DNA of 64,000 nucleotides from Rozella allomycis CSF55 (Eukaryota): NCBI GenBank assembly GCA_000442015.1, contig KE560848.1, positions 62,001 to 126,000 of the forward strand, read 5' to 3'. Shown piece by piece: positions 51,206 to 64,000 of this stretch (position 1 is its first letter; each line of letters starts with the position of its first letter). The notes under the pieces were generated by a model. It saw only the letters and a program-made list of their open reading frames with translations, ran no database searches and was not told where the DNA came from. The position numbers and the translations under genes were made by a program.

Positions 51206-51859
51206 ATGAGCAGCAAACTTTCCGGAGCGATCGTGCGTCAAAACATTGCCGAACTTTTAAAAGGTTCACAAGAAAACAAGCGCAACTTTGTTGAAACTGT
51301 TGAGTTGCAAATTGGTTTAAAGAACTACGATCCACAAAGAGACAAACGTTTTTCAGGAACTGTCAAGCTTCCATACATTCCAAAGCCAAGAATGAACATT
51401 TGTATTCTTGGAGATGCTCACCATTGCGATGAAGCCAAAAAGATCCAAGTTGACTGCCTCTCTGTTGATGACTTGAAGAAATTCAACAAGAACAAGAAAG
51501 AAATCAAGAAATTGGCAAAGAAATACGACGCTTTCTTGGCTTCTGAAGCTTTGATCAAGTTGATTCCTCGTTTGTTAGGACCTGGTTTGAACAAGGCCGG
51601 TAAATTTCCAACTCCAATCTCTCACTCTGACAACTTGGAAGAAAGAATCAAAGATGTTAAGGCTACCATCAAATTTCAATTGAAGAAAGTTCTTTGCTTG
51701 GGTGTTGCTGTTGGACACGTCGAAATGACTGAAGATGAAATTGCCTCCAATGTTATCATGTCCGTCAACTTTCTTGTTTCATTGTTGAAGAAGAACTGGC
51801 AAAACGTAAAGTCTCTTTTCATTAAGAGCTCTATGGGCAAGCCATTCCGTATCTACTAA
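51206..51859 (+). CDS. RPL1: 60S ribosomal protein uL1 (L10a), intronless
   Basis: [43 protein letters not shown]. Confidence 0.97.
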   Translation: MSSKLSGAIVRQNIAELLKGSQENKRNFVETVELQIGLKNYDPQRDKRFSGTVKLPYIPKPRMNICILGDAHHCDEAKKIQVDCLSVDDLKKFNKNKKEIKKLAKKYDAFLASEALIKLIPRLLGPGLNKAGKFPTPISHSDNLEERIKDVKATIKFQLKKVLCLGVAVGHVEMTEDEIASNVIMSVNFLVSLLKKNWQNVKSLFIKSSMGKPFRIY

Positions 51860-51993
51860 TTTACCGCATTGGCCACCAAAGAAGAATTTTTTATTCTTCT
51901 CTTGGGAGCTCCAATAAATGCTCATTTTATTTATCTCTATTTTAAGTTCTTTATTTTTCCCATTTTTATCTCAGCCATTAAATTTTGGAATCT

Positions 51994-53532
51994 ATGAGAT
52001 TACTTGATATTGAGAAGAAAGGAAAGTTTTCAAATAACCATATAAAGTTGAAAAGACATTTTAGCTGTGTTAACGCTCTTTCCATAACTAACGGTGATGG
52101 CCAGTTCCTGGCCAGTGGTGGGGATGGTACTTACCATTTAAATCATGAAGTAGATAAAAGAGTTTTGGTGTCTGATCTTTATGATCCTGAATTTAAGATC
52201 AAAGAAACCTATTTAGGCCATCAGGTAAAGAACTTCTTAAGTAAAAAAAGAATAACATATTTTCATTATCGTTTTCATTGGATAACAAGCTTTTGTTTTC
52301 AGCTGGACTTGATAGCTTAACGTATCTACATGATAGAACTACGGGAGTGAGCACTGAGTATCGTGGGCATGATGGAGTAATAGATTTTACCTTTCATAAT
52401 AGCCTGTTTATTGTGTACAATCTTCTATTCATGATCTTAATATATTTTATACCACTTCGTAATAGTTATTGCATTGTTATAAAAGTGAAGATGGGGCAGT
52501 TTATGTCAGAGACACAAGAACAGATAAGCCAGTTTCTATTATTGATTATGATGTACCAATTCATTGTATACGTGAACATCCTTTTAAGAACAATGCATTA
52601 GTTATAAGTGGAAAGAGTGGCCATTTGGAGTAATTTATACATACCTGGAATAATTAAAGAATGTTGGACTTCAGAACATTAAACCAGACTCCTCATCCAA
52701 TATTGAAAGTAATTTAAAGATTTTCTATTTAAAGTACTCGACGAGCTTCAAAGACTGCTCCTCTAATAGAAGCATTCTGCCAACTGTGGGCAACGTTCAT
52801 TTCACAAAAGATGGCAGTAGATTTATGACTACAAATATGTCTGCCCTACCAATGATATATGATACATATGAATCCCATCCTCTTTATTGTTGCTATCATA
52901 AAAATTATCAAAACGTATGCACTATGAAACATCATTGCTTCGGTGGTCAGAATGATGAATTTATTATCGCTGGAAGTGATGATTACAATGTATACGTCTG
53001 GAAAACTCCTAACACTGATTCTCTAGTTACAAATAAGCAATATTTCAGTAAAGCTAATCCTTCGAACTGATCCAAGTTAAATCTGAGATCGAGGATTCAA
53101 CAAATTGGGTTCCATTAAGAGTTCACGATAAAGTAGATCAAGTTTTAAGAGGTAAATGTATTGACACCTCAATTAAAAGAAAATCAAAGTCACCCTAACA
53201 CTACCATCTATCACCCTGTGTTTCCGTGGATTCTAACTTCAGGTGTTGAAAAGACAATTGGCATTTATTCCCCTTTACCGATACCAACTACATTGCCGCC
53301 AGGTAATACTATTATAATGCTCAAATAAGTTTCTAAGGTCAACCAAGATGCCCGAAGAGATCTAGTGAGGCTTATTAGGGCAAGGCCAATTTTCTTGGCC
53401 TATCTCATGGCTAGAGATGGTCCAGATGATTCTCTGGATGAAGATCCGCGTACTTTGGCCCTTTTTGACATACTTAATGAAGATGAAAGTGACTATCAAG
53501 GTTACAATCACGAGGACGATGAAGAAGAATAA
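51994..53532 (+). CDS. WD40 DDB1-CUL4-associated factor (DCAF5/WDR22-like), multi-exon
   Basis: HFSCVNAL, LASGGD, YQNVCTMKHHCFGGQNDEFIIAGSDDYNVYVW, TSGVEK, EDPRTLALFD. Confidence 0.8.
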
Positions 53533-53551
53533 ATTAGCATTTTGATTTTAT

Positions 53552-54605
53552 TTAAACAGCTTTGGAATGAATTATTGAAGGACCTTTATCATTGTAGTCC
53601 TGTCGTGTAAGGCAGTATTTGCTGTCTCCAAAAACCATCTTTTCTTCGTACATAGTATCAATTTACCTTTGACAAAATACATCCTCCAATAAAAGATGCA
53701 TGTACATTTTTGCCTCCTAAGGCCCCGAAATATTCTGGCACATTAATGTATTTGATTTCTTTGATCTGGAAATCATTAGAATTGTCAGATAAAGATTTTT
53801 TTAAATTTGCTTGAAATATATTCTTGAAATCAAACAGGTTAGAGATCCCTCCAGTCATTATAACGGCTTCGCATAATGTCGATCGCTTATCTAGATCGAC
53901 CTTGCTCATAACGATTTGAAATAACTCCATCAATTTTGATTTCTCAAAGAATATTTTAATAGAGTCATTAAATAAAACATTTGTTTTTGATTTTACAAAC
54001 TCGTTCTCTAATAAGTTAAATGCTGACGGCCTGGGAATATTTTTCGCCTCCAAATACTGGATTACACACCTGGAGCCAACATTGGATGCTTCCTGCCATG
54101 GAAGCATAACGATTCCATCAAGCACCGGTGTTATTACTGAATACACAATAAATGTAAGTTATTACCGCAATGATCAAAACCGACATCTATTATGAGCGCA
54201 TTTGTAGAATTCCCTGCACATGCAGCTGCCATAGCTTGATTTAAAATATATGAAAGAGGACTTTTAATTTCTTCAAATATTATTTTGGTGATTTCCTCCG
54301 CTGTTGGTCTTGTTGCATTGGATGGTACTACAAATAGAAGGGGTAAAGTCTGTAGTTGGTCTTCAGTGAAGATTTTAAGTAAAGAACCCTTCACGTGATT
54401 TGTAAAGAATTTTATATCTATTATTCTGCCACAATCATAGAGTTTTAATTTATGATCTATTTTCAACTACATTTCTTGTGTTGCAAACTCCTTACAATTT
54501 TCGGTTCTTCAAAGACAGAAGAAAGCCCAAGTTTTGTAGTGTAATTTCCTGTTTCAAAAATAATATAGTTCTAACTATAAAGGACTACAGTCTTTTTACA
54601 TCCAT
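53552..54605 (-). CDS. Nuclear actin-related protein (Arp9-like), multi-exon
   Basis: IIFETGNYTTKLG, IIDVG, ITPVLDG, VIMTGG, IKYINVPEYF, ASFIGGCILSK. Confidence 0.75.
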
Positions 54606-54698
54606 GAAGAAATTTACAAAATCAAATTTCAAAAGGATCAATTATAAAAAATACTATAAGAAACTCATTTTAAAGTGTTCATTTATAACATGAAATGT

Positions 54699-55321
54699 TT
54701 ATTGTTCTTTGGCCATTTGTGCAGCTGGGAAGTCAAAAACGACTTCTTTGCCGGTGAGTTTCTTGTATACGCTGCTGAAAGTGTCGACTTTGTATTCAAC
54801 AGATTCCATATCTTTGCGATCCAAGAAGCTGAAATTAGGTCAAAGTATGTTTCTTACACTTTAATTTGGCGGGATCCGTCAACTTTAACGCGAAGTCTCT
54901 TTCCGATGATTTCAGCTGGGTAAACCAAGTCATCTAAGATTGCATCATGAACAGCAGCCAAGGTGCGGTTACGTGGTCTTGGTTGTTTTGATCTTGATTT
55001 ACGAGTTTCTCTTGGGAGAATTCTGCGTTGAGCAATGATTATAACATGACGGTCAGAGAATTTCTTTTCCAATTCACGAACAACACGGGATTGAACCTTG
55101 TGAACTTGCTTAATCAAAGGAACTGGAACGAAAACAGCGATAGCTTTGCGACCATGTCCAAGTTCAATTTCTTTTGCGGAGGTAATTTGAACTGGGCGTA
55201 ATTCTTTGCGGATTTCATCAGAAGAGTTTTCCAAATCAATTAAAGCTTCAGCGATTTTAACTTCTAAAGCATCTGGTTGTTCGCCAACTGGTTTAATAAT
55301 TTTAGTCAAAGCGGATGCCAT
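54699..55321 (-). CDS. RPS7: 40S ribosomal protein S7 (eS7)
   Basis: [40 protein letters not shown]. Confidence 0.97.
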
Positions 55322-55542
55322 CTAAAAATTAGTATAGTTCGGGTATAGTATAAAATATATAAAACTCAAAAAGCATCGTATAAAAGAAAAAGACTTACCT
55401 TTGCTGGTTAAGACAAGGGTTTGTTGGAGGAAAATTTTTACTTTTTTCGAAATTTAAGAAAGTTGTCTTGGATGAAAATAATCCGATTAAGAATAATGGC
55501 TGCCCAAAAAATAAATTTGAGTTGGTTACCATATATTTCCCG

Positions 55543-58500
55543 ATGGAAACAGCAATACCTTTAAACGTTGAGAAATCACGAGTTGATACGCCTTCTAGTC
55601 TTGCTAATGAAGAATTTTCACCAACCTTTACCAAGGCATTAACTGAAGGAGAATGCTTTGTTTTATTTCATTTCTTGTTAAAATCAAATCTGAAGACTTT
55701 AAATGACTTGTCTACGCCCCTGGAAGGTTATTCAAGCATTACGTATTTGGTTCAAGATGACGAGATTTTCCATAATCTAATTGGCGAATTGCTTGGTATC
55801 GAGTTTGATTCACTTGAGTCCTGTATGTCACATGTTGACTCCTTAAATATACAATGTTCAAATAGACCATCTATTCTAGTTAATGTCGTATTGGTAATTT
55901 AATGTTATTACGCTTCATAGTTTGTAATGTGCACCAAAATTCGCCTAAATATCACCAAAACCTGGAAAAATGACATTGAAATTTATCTGCTCTCTTGGTT
56001 GAAAGGTTGCATTAATTTTAATGGAGACTTGACGATGAAAAATATTTATAGTGGTCAATTTTACTATGAATTTGTTTGCAAACATATGAATGTTAGCCAA
56101 AGAGAAACATTAGGTCCCGATGAATGTTATGATTATGTACGCAACTATCTCTCAAAATTTGGCTTAGATTACCTTGTCGTACCACTAGAGCTTATTCATG
56201 GAAACAGAAATCTTCATCTTCTTCTACTTTTATCTCTTTATCAATTTCAGTCTACGTCAAGATTGAACCTAAACCTCTTGCTCGATTTCGCGAATGCCAT
56301 TGAATCTGAATATGATTGCAACAATGAAGGAAAATATAACTGTGCAAATATAGCAACTAAGAGCTATAAAAGCGATTTAAGCTCAACATTAGGTTATATT
56401 GTGAATTTGAAAAAGGAAAACCATGAATTAAAAAATAATACCCATAAAATAGAAAATAGGTTGAATTTGATTGAGAGAGAACGCGGATTCTCAACATTAA
56501 ATTCGGATTCTTTGTTGACAGATTTAAGAAGCAGTGTGGTCATTAAGTCGACAATGGAAATGAAATTACAAGAATTGGAGTTGCGACATGGCAATGTGTG
56601 CAAAGAATTGGAGTTATCTGAATTTAAAAGAGGAGTTTTGGAGCAGGATATTGAAGTGCTGACAGAAAACATAAGAGTTGAGAAAAATGAGAAAGAAGAG
56701 ATTTTGGCGGAATGCCTGCACCTAGAAGATTTATTAAAAAAGGAAAATGAAAACAATAAAAGATTGATTTTACAACATGAATTAAATATTCAACGTTTAA
56801 ATGAAGAACTCGCATCAAGTAAGTTAGCGATTTTAGAAGCGGAGAAAAAAATGGTGGCTATCGTTTATGAAAACAAAGAAAAACTTGATTTCTATGAGAA
56901 ATCGAATGCTTTAGTTCAAAAAGAGTTAAAGGAGAGCATTGAACTGAATACGTCAATTCAAATAAGCAATACGGAATTATTGAAAGGAAAAGAGCTTAAT
57001 GAACAGCAATTAAATGAAAGAGAGGCGCAAATAAAAGATTTGATTGCGGAAAATGAATCATTGCTGTCAATGTCAGAATCTTTGAATCTGGAGTTTAATG
57101 AACTAAAGGATAAACTTCAAAAGACAGATGAATATGGAAGAACCGAAATAGAAAATTTAACAAAATTAATCGCACAAACTAGCGCAGAAAAAGAAAGGAT
57201 CAATGAAGCATTTCACCGCATTGAAAAAGAAAACGTTAATATGAGTAATCAACTTGATCATTTGAGGTTGGACATAAAGAAGAGTAAATATCATACGGGA
57301 GTGCATCATTTTTATATAGAGAGATTAGAATCTAAAGTTGATGCATGTGAAATGGCGTTGAAGGATACGAACGCTGAATTAAACGCCATAAAATCATTAA
57401 ATAGGAAGTTAACGTCGGAAATCGTTGAATATAGTAACATGAATGCAGATTTGAAGAGTCTCGGCCAGTCTTTGAAAGATGAAAATGAAGTTTTTAAAGT
57501 GAAATGTCAACAGCTAGAAAAAATCGAAAATCAATATTCTCAACTTAAACTGGAACATGAAATAGTTAAGATAGCCAATGATCAAAATTCAAAGATGTAT
57601 GAGGAATCAAAAAAAGAACTTGAAACGATCTCTAACGATCTGACGAAAGGAAAACTCTTGGAGCAAGAATTTAAGGATGAAATCGAATTCTGGAAGAGAC
57701 AAAATGATTTATTACAACAAAAGCTTCTAATGTCATCCAATGAATATAATATCTGCAAATTTGAGTACGATCGGGTTCAAAAGCAACTCACTGAATGTTC
57801 TCGCCAACTTGAGGACGCAAATTCGGTTATTAAAAGACAAAGCGAATGTTTGGAGGCGAATGAATACAGTCTAGAAGACTTAAAAATTACCTTAAATACA
57901 AATAATCAAAAATACATGGCAAGCAAAGACATAATCGATGATTTGGAGAAAAAATTAGATAAAAAGGAATTGGAAATTAGCAAGTTAAAGGAAAGCATCT
58001 CAAATCTGGATTTAGATTACGTCAGCTTAAAGGTTAGATACAAGGATCAAGTTTCAACGAATCAGAATCTTTCCACTGAAATCCAAAATTTAAGATCCAC
58101 AAATGTTGAATTAATTAATGAAAAGGAAAAAATTGAAGCTGCTTTGCATAAAAAGCAGGAAGAGTTTATGCATATTTCAACAATTACAGCATCATCAGGA
58201 ACTGTAGACCTTGAAAAGAACATTCTTATAGACCAAATCGCTCATCTTAATTTTCAAATAGATCTTTCAAAAAAAGAAAACCTTCAATTAGAGAATAGAT
58301 TAAGTGAAATGTCGTCTACTATCAGAACTCTATTTGAAAATGAGAAAGTCCACGTTAGTGAAGAGAGCCAAATAATAAGCCTTGAGAAACACGAGTTAGA
58401 CGACAAGAATATTGTTTTCGATAAATACAATGATTTGCAAAACAAATATAAAGCAGTAGAGGCAGAATATCGCCACAAGATATCTGGTCTCGAATGTTGG

Positions 58501-61500
58501 CTATCTGAAACCGACGTCCTATTGAAACAAAAAGATGCAAAAATAAAACTCTTGGAGGCAGAGAATAATTCTCTCCAGAATAATTTGAATGACAAGATAG
58601 ATGCTTTAGATTTGCTTCGTAACAACGTCAAGGAAATATCATCATACTTGCAAGACTTAGAATTCCAGCTCCAGCAATCCAAAGAAGAAAAATGCCTCCT
58701 TCGACAAAAAATAGAAAATGAAATTGCTCAATACAAAGCCAGTGAATCGAATGTATTGAATCTAAGAGTATTAAATGGAAAGCTCCTTCATGAATTAAAG
58801 AATGAGAAAACACTTAGGCAAGAAGCACAGGAGAAATTAAAAAATGATGAAATTTTAGTTTCGAAATCAAATCAGATATCAAATCTCAATCAGAAAATTG
58901 ACTCTTTAAATCAGCAGGTCTTGCAACTTAACAGGGAAAATAGTGTTTTAATAATCAGAGCAAGGAATTTTGAGAATGTGGTTCATAAGCAAGATTCCAA
59001 GATTGTAGATTTGCAAAGAAGCCTTGAAAATAAAGAAAATGAGTTTCAAGAAAATTTGAGGTCATTTGAAGTGCTTAAATCGCAGTTGAGTACTCTGGAG
59101 GGAGAAAACAAGAGACTTGATAGAATCAAAGTCGATAAAGAAGCCGAAATTAAATTTATGAAGGAATCATTAGCTACCTTTCATAGTTGGGCAGTTGCAG
59201 TAGAGAGTAAGCAACAAGAAAACGAAGTCTACTTGAAACAGCTGAGGCAAACTAACGATTCATTGAATTATAAAACCTGTCAACTAGAAAGTGAATTGAA
59301 ATCCCTGACGAACCAGCATGAAAAGAAATGCGAAGAGTTAACTGCTTTAGAAAGGAAACTTGAAGAGCAGAAAGAATGTAAATCGGTTATTGAAAACGAA
59401 TTGGATATGGTTAAACAACAACTAATGCAAAAAGAAGTTGCATTAAAAGATCTTTCTGTAAAGTTTCAGTCATTGTTAGATGAAAATATTGTTCTGAAGC
59501 AACAAACTGTACCTAAAGTCATGATAAACAGAGCAAGTTCAATGATGATAAATGAAGATATTCCATTGAAGCATGATCAAGAAACCTTGTGCAATTTGAT
59601 AATCGATGAAAGTCAATACGTACTTATGAAAACAGATTACGAAAAGAAAATATTAGAGTTGGAAGCCAAATGTGATCTATATAGTGATAATCTACACAAG
59701 TTGGAATTAGAATCACAAAATAGGACTGAAGAGTTGTTTGATAAAACCAAGTCAAATAAAGACTTGACTAATCAGTTGAAAGAAATTAAAAATAATTTCA
59801 ATACGATAGAAAATAGTTTCAATGAAAAATGTAAAGAGATTGAAGAGATGGAATCAACAAACGACTCTTTAGGGCGAAGATTACTGATTCTTGAGAATGA
59901 AAAGGCTCAGCTCTTGTCCGAAATAGATGAATTAAATGAGGAAATAGTTATACTTAAGGAATCGGACAAGCCTGATAATGTTGTTCCCATCATAAAGAAG
60001 CCGTATTCTGTTGAAATTATTGAAGAAAATAGGTTTGCCGACGCGCAAACGCAAGCTTCATTTGAGAACCAAGAAGCATCCACCGAGATTGACAGTCACC
60101 AAGATGAAATAGCCCAATTAAATGAAAGAATCGCTTCATTGAAATTTGAATATTCAGCTCTAGAAAAGGAACTAAACGCAAAACTTGACGAGAAACAATG
60201 CGAAAACGAATCCCTTAAAGAGAAAATTGAAAAGTTGCTAAATGAAAACGCTGTGATAAGAGATAAATTCAATGTCAATCCTGCGCCCGTTTCAATCGTC
60301 GACGTAGAATACACCAAGGAACTGAACAATAAATATCTAAATAAAATAAAGGAAAACACCAAGATGCAGGAAGAGTTGGAAGAGTTGAAAAAGTATATTT
60401 CAGCAAGCGAGCAGTTATCGTGTCAGAATGAGTTGAAATTAAGTTTAATGGAGAAGGAGCTTGCCCGATCAATTGAAAATAACGTGGCAATTAAATCTGA
60501 ATGTTTAAAGTTGAATGAGGTGCTGGAGGCGAAAAATAGACAGCTATCCGATATGGAAGTCATTGTTCAAGAACTGAGAGTTGAAAAGAGCAATTTGATT
60601 AATGCAAGTATGGATCAGCAGATGATAGAATCTCAAACTATATCTCATTATGAAGCGGAAATAACCAAATTAAAAGAATCTATAAACAATAATGTCAGAG
60701 TGGAAGTTACAAATGCTGTTAATGCGGTTGATAATGAATCAGGATTGCAAGAAAAGATTAAAAGCTCGCAAGATGACAACCTCCGCTTAGAATCGATGCT
60801 AAAAGACTACGCCCAAAAAATACAAACCCTGAACGAATCAAGATCCCAACTATCCAAAGAACTAGGAAATTTACAATCCGAAAACCGATCTCTTGGCGAT
60901 AAACTATGCACTCAGAATATTTATTGTTCCAAACTTGAGAGTCAATTAAGAATATTAGAGAATGAAAAGATGCAGGCTGTTTTAGAAAGAGAAGCGGTTG
61001 AAGGTGAAATTGACAAATGCAAAAAGATTGAGACAGAGCTGTCGAAGCGCTGTGTTGGTCAGGAGGAAATGTACCGGTCTGCTAATGCGAGATTGCAGGA
61101 TTCGTTGAGGGATGTGGAGAGGATGCTGGAATTGAAGACGGATGAATTGGCGCGGGTGGTTATGGTACTTGATGCGAAGAATGCTGGTATCAAGGAGCTT
61201 GAAGAGGAAATGGAAAAGATGAGGGTCAGCTTGGTTGAATTCGAGACTGCGAAACGCCAACTGGAAACGAATAATGGGATGTTTAGAGTAGAGTTGGAAA
61301 CGAAAAAGACGGTGATTGAGAATATATTGAAAGAAAAGCAGTCTTTGGAAGAATCAATGATGAAAATGCATGCTGTGAAAGCCATGTTGCCGGAAGTTGA
61401 TTTAAATGAAGATTACGAGATTAATGTTCTGAAGAAGCAAGTACAGTCGCTTTCAGGGCGTGTTGAGGAATTGACGAATGAAAAGAATAAATTTGAAAAT

Positions 61501-64000
61501 GAGGTTGTGAAGATGGCTGCGGAAACGACTGGTTTGAAAATTTGTGTTAATGGGTTAGAAATTGACAAGAGCAATTTGATTGATGGATTGAGAGTGAAGA
61601 ATAGTGAATATGAGAAATTAGAAGCGATATTGGACGAGATAAATGAAAAAATGCGAACGATTGAAGAAGAATTGAAGAGTTTGAATGACGTTTTGGAAAA
61701 GACTAGAGAAGAATCTATAGAGTTGAATGAAAAGCATATGTCTTTGATTAATGAAAGAAATTCTTTATTGAAAATGATTAACAATTTGCAAGAACAATTG
61801 GAAGAGAGAGAAAGAGTCATTGTAAAGTTGGAGAATGAAATTGAAGCAAACAATAAAAGAATGATAGGTGAGATGGATAAAATGAATCAAGAGGCAAAAA
61901 TAAAACAAATTGAAATGAAAAATTATTATGAATCTTTCTTGTCACAGAAAGATTCAGAAATTCAAAACATTATCAATGCTGCCAAGAAAGAAACCAAAGA
62001 AAAGTCTACAAATACTTTGAATAAAGTAATGCAACAAGATTCAAGTGAAGATCAACGTTTGGAATTGTTGGCAGATTATCAAATTGAAATTAAATTGAAA
62101 GATTGCAAGATCAATGACCAAGAACTGGAAATAAAAGAAATCAAACAAGAAAATGTTAAATTCAGAGAGGAATTAATTCAGTCAAGAGCTGCTGTTGAAT
62201 CATCCAATTCAATAAATCAATCGCAGGTTGAAAAGATGAAAGAAATCCAAAATTCGTTTAATGAATTATCGAAAAAGTACACTCAATTGTTGAAAGAAAG
62301 GACAAATTTAGAATTTGATTTTGAGCAACACAGGATTGACAAGGGCAAACTAGAAAACGTAACATCTCAGTTAAACAAGGAAAATGAATATATAAAGAAT
62401 CAGATAAACGATTTGCAAAAAGAAAGAGAAATTTTGCATAACGAGTTTGTTAATTCAAAGAATCAAGTTTCTTCTTTATACGCCGTGAAGCAGGATATGG
62501 ACGCATTGTTGGAATTCAAAGAGATCACTTATCAATCTTCCATAAAAGATATGGAAAACAAGATTAATGAAGCATATCAGTTGATTGAAAGCAAAGAATC
62601 TAGAATAAAATTACTGGAAGAGTCCATAACGCAATTGCAAATGTCTTTAGACTCTAAAACACAGATGCAACCAACGAGTGTTCCAATAGACGCATCAATC
62701 TTTGTGCAGCAAGAGGAGATGGTTGTTAAATTGTCTGAAATGACGCTGCTGAATTATTCTTTAGAAGACAAGATCGATTCACTAAAGTTGAAGATTGCGA
62801 ATATGGCAACAACAGTGCATGAATACGAAGACAGAGGAAAGGTTTTAATTGAAAAGATTGAGAAATTGATGGAAGAAAAGAAGATGCTGAAAAGGAATAT
62901 TGCTGATTTGGAAATTTCATTGGACCAATCAAGGAATGTGATTGAAAAGGACAAAAGAGAGATTCAGCGGCTGGAAGTGGCGGTGTTTGAATTGAATGAG
63001 AATTTTAGTGTGGTAAATAAACGAGTTGGCGAGGTTGAGTTTATGTATTATGAAAAGACGAGAGAATGTGATTTGCTTGGAGTTGAGATTGTTAGAGGGA
63101 GGGAAGAAAAGGAGAGAATTTTTAATGAAAATAGAATTGTAGAAGAAGAGTTGAAGGAAAGAATTGCAAAGGAAGTGGAGAATGTTAAGGGGTTGCAGAG
63201 TGAGATTGAAAAGATTAAGAGTGAAAAGTTGAGTGTTTTGCAAGAGAATCAAAATTTAGTGTTTGAGAAGAATGTTTTGGAGAGTAATGCGAGGGAGTTG
63301 AATGAAATGAATGAGATTTTGAATAAATCGTTGGAAGAAACTAGAAGTTTATTAAAAAAGCAAGCTGAAAAGAATATTGAAGAGAGAGATCATGTAAGTG
63401 GAGATAGAGTTGAAGTGTATAAAGATAGAGATGAAGTCTTTGGAATGATAAAAATTATAGAAAAAGAAAGAGATGAGATTCAAAATCATTTAAATAAAGC
63501 TGAATTAAAGATTCATGAATTGGAATTGAAGGGCCATGAAAGGGAAATGGAATTTCAATTATTAAGAGAAAGTTTGTTTAAACAACAAGAAGAATCAAAA
63601 TTGTTAAAAGAAGAAATAAATGAAAAGGAAGAATCTTTAATTAAACTAGAAAATTCATTGAAAGAAAATGAATTGATTAACAAAAATCTAAAAATAGAAA
63701 TTGAAGAAAAAGAAATTGAAAGAAACAAAATGATGAAAGAATTGAATAGCTTTAAACAGATTAATGAAAATTTACAGAATAGATTTGAAAAGATTGAAAT
63801 TGAAAATGAAAGAATGAAGATTGAGAACAAAACAATTAATGAAAAGAATACAAGATTAAATAAAGAAATTAATAATTTAGAAAAGAGAAATGAAATATTA
63901 CATTTAGATTTAAAAGAGAAGAATCTAATTTTAGCCAATCAAGAAAAGGAAATTTCCAGAATAAAGGAATTGGAGAATACTGTAAAAGAAAATGAAGAAT
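55543..64000 (+). CDS. Giant coiled-coil protein with N-terminal CH-like region; runs off the window
   Basis: Exon 1 from 55543, intron about 55894-55920, then a frame that appears open from 55921 to 64000, E/K/L/N-rich with heptad character; YLLSWL...GNRNLHLLLLLSLYQ resembles a calponin-homology domain. Confidence 0.75.

Noticed and set aside
56394..63938. Many minus-strand F/S/L-rich ORFs
   Set aside because: Antisense shadows of the giant E/K-rich coiled-coil ORF

Overview
Gene-dense, AT-rich eukaryotic genomic DNA with about 45 protein-coding genes, very short intergenic spacers and mostly 25-35 nt GT-AG introns. Gene content (flagellar CFAP119, B12-dependent methylmalonyl-CoA mutase, INPP4, fungal Swi1 and Arp9, a CCC-type motif before start codons) points to a zoosporic early-diverging fungus or fungal relative such as Rozella (Cryptomycota). 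That assignment is inference. Most genes are housekeeping (CCT4, Hsp90, MPP-beta, gamma-tubulin, eRF3, RPS26, RPS7, RPL1, SerRS, NEMF and others). The main unexplained signal is a three-member family of intronless genes (2233-2848, 3598-4311, 7466-8530) that join a signal peptide and a conserved post-signal motif to basic NLS-like segments and C-terminal helix-turn-helix modules. An unrelated secreted protein with four HTH-like units lies at 21935-23745. Together these are candidate host-nucleus-targeted DNA-binding effectors. Other findings include a 54-nt AT-AC minor (U12-type) intron in LSM12 with a probable U11/U12-25K gene nearby, a decayed 28S rDNA fragment between two effector paralogues, a 75-bp inverted repeat, frameshifts concentrated in accessory genes, and a >2,600-codon coiled-coil ORF missing from the ORF track. 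Exon boundaries were read by eye and protein assignments come from motif recognition, not database searches.
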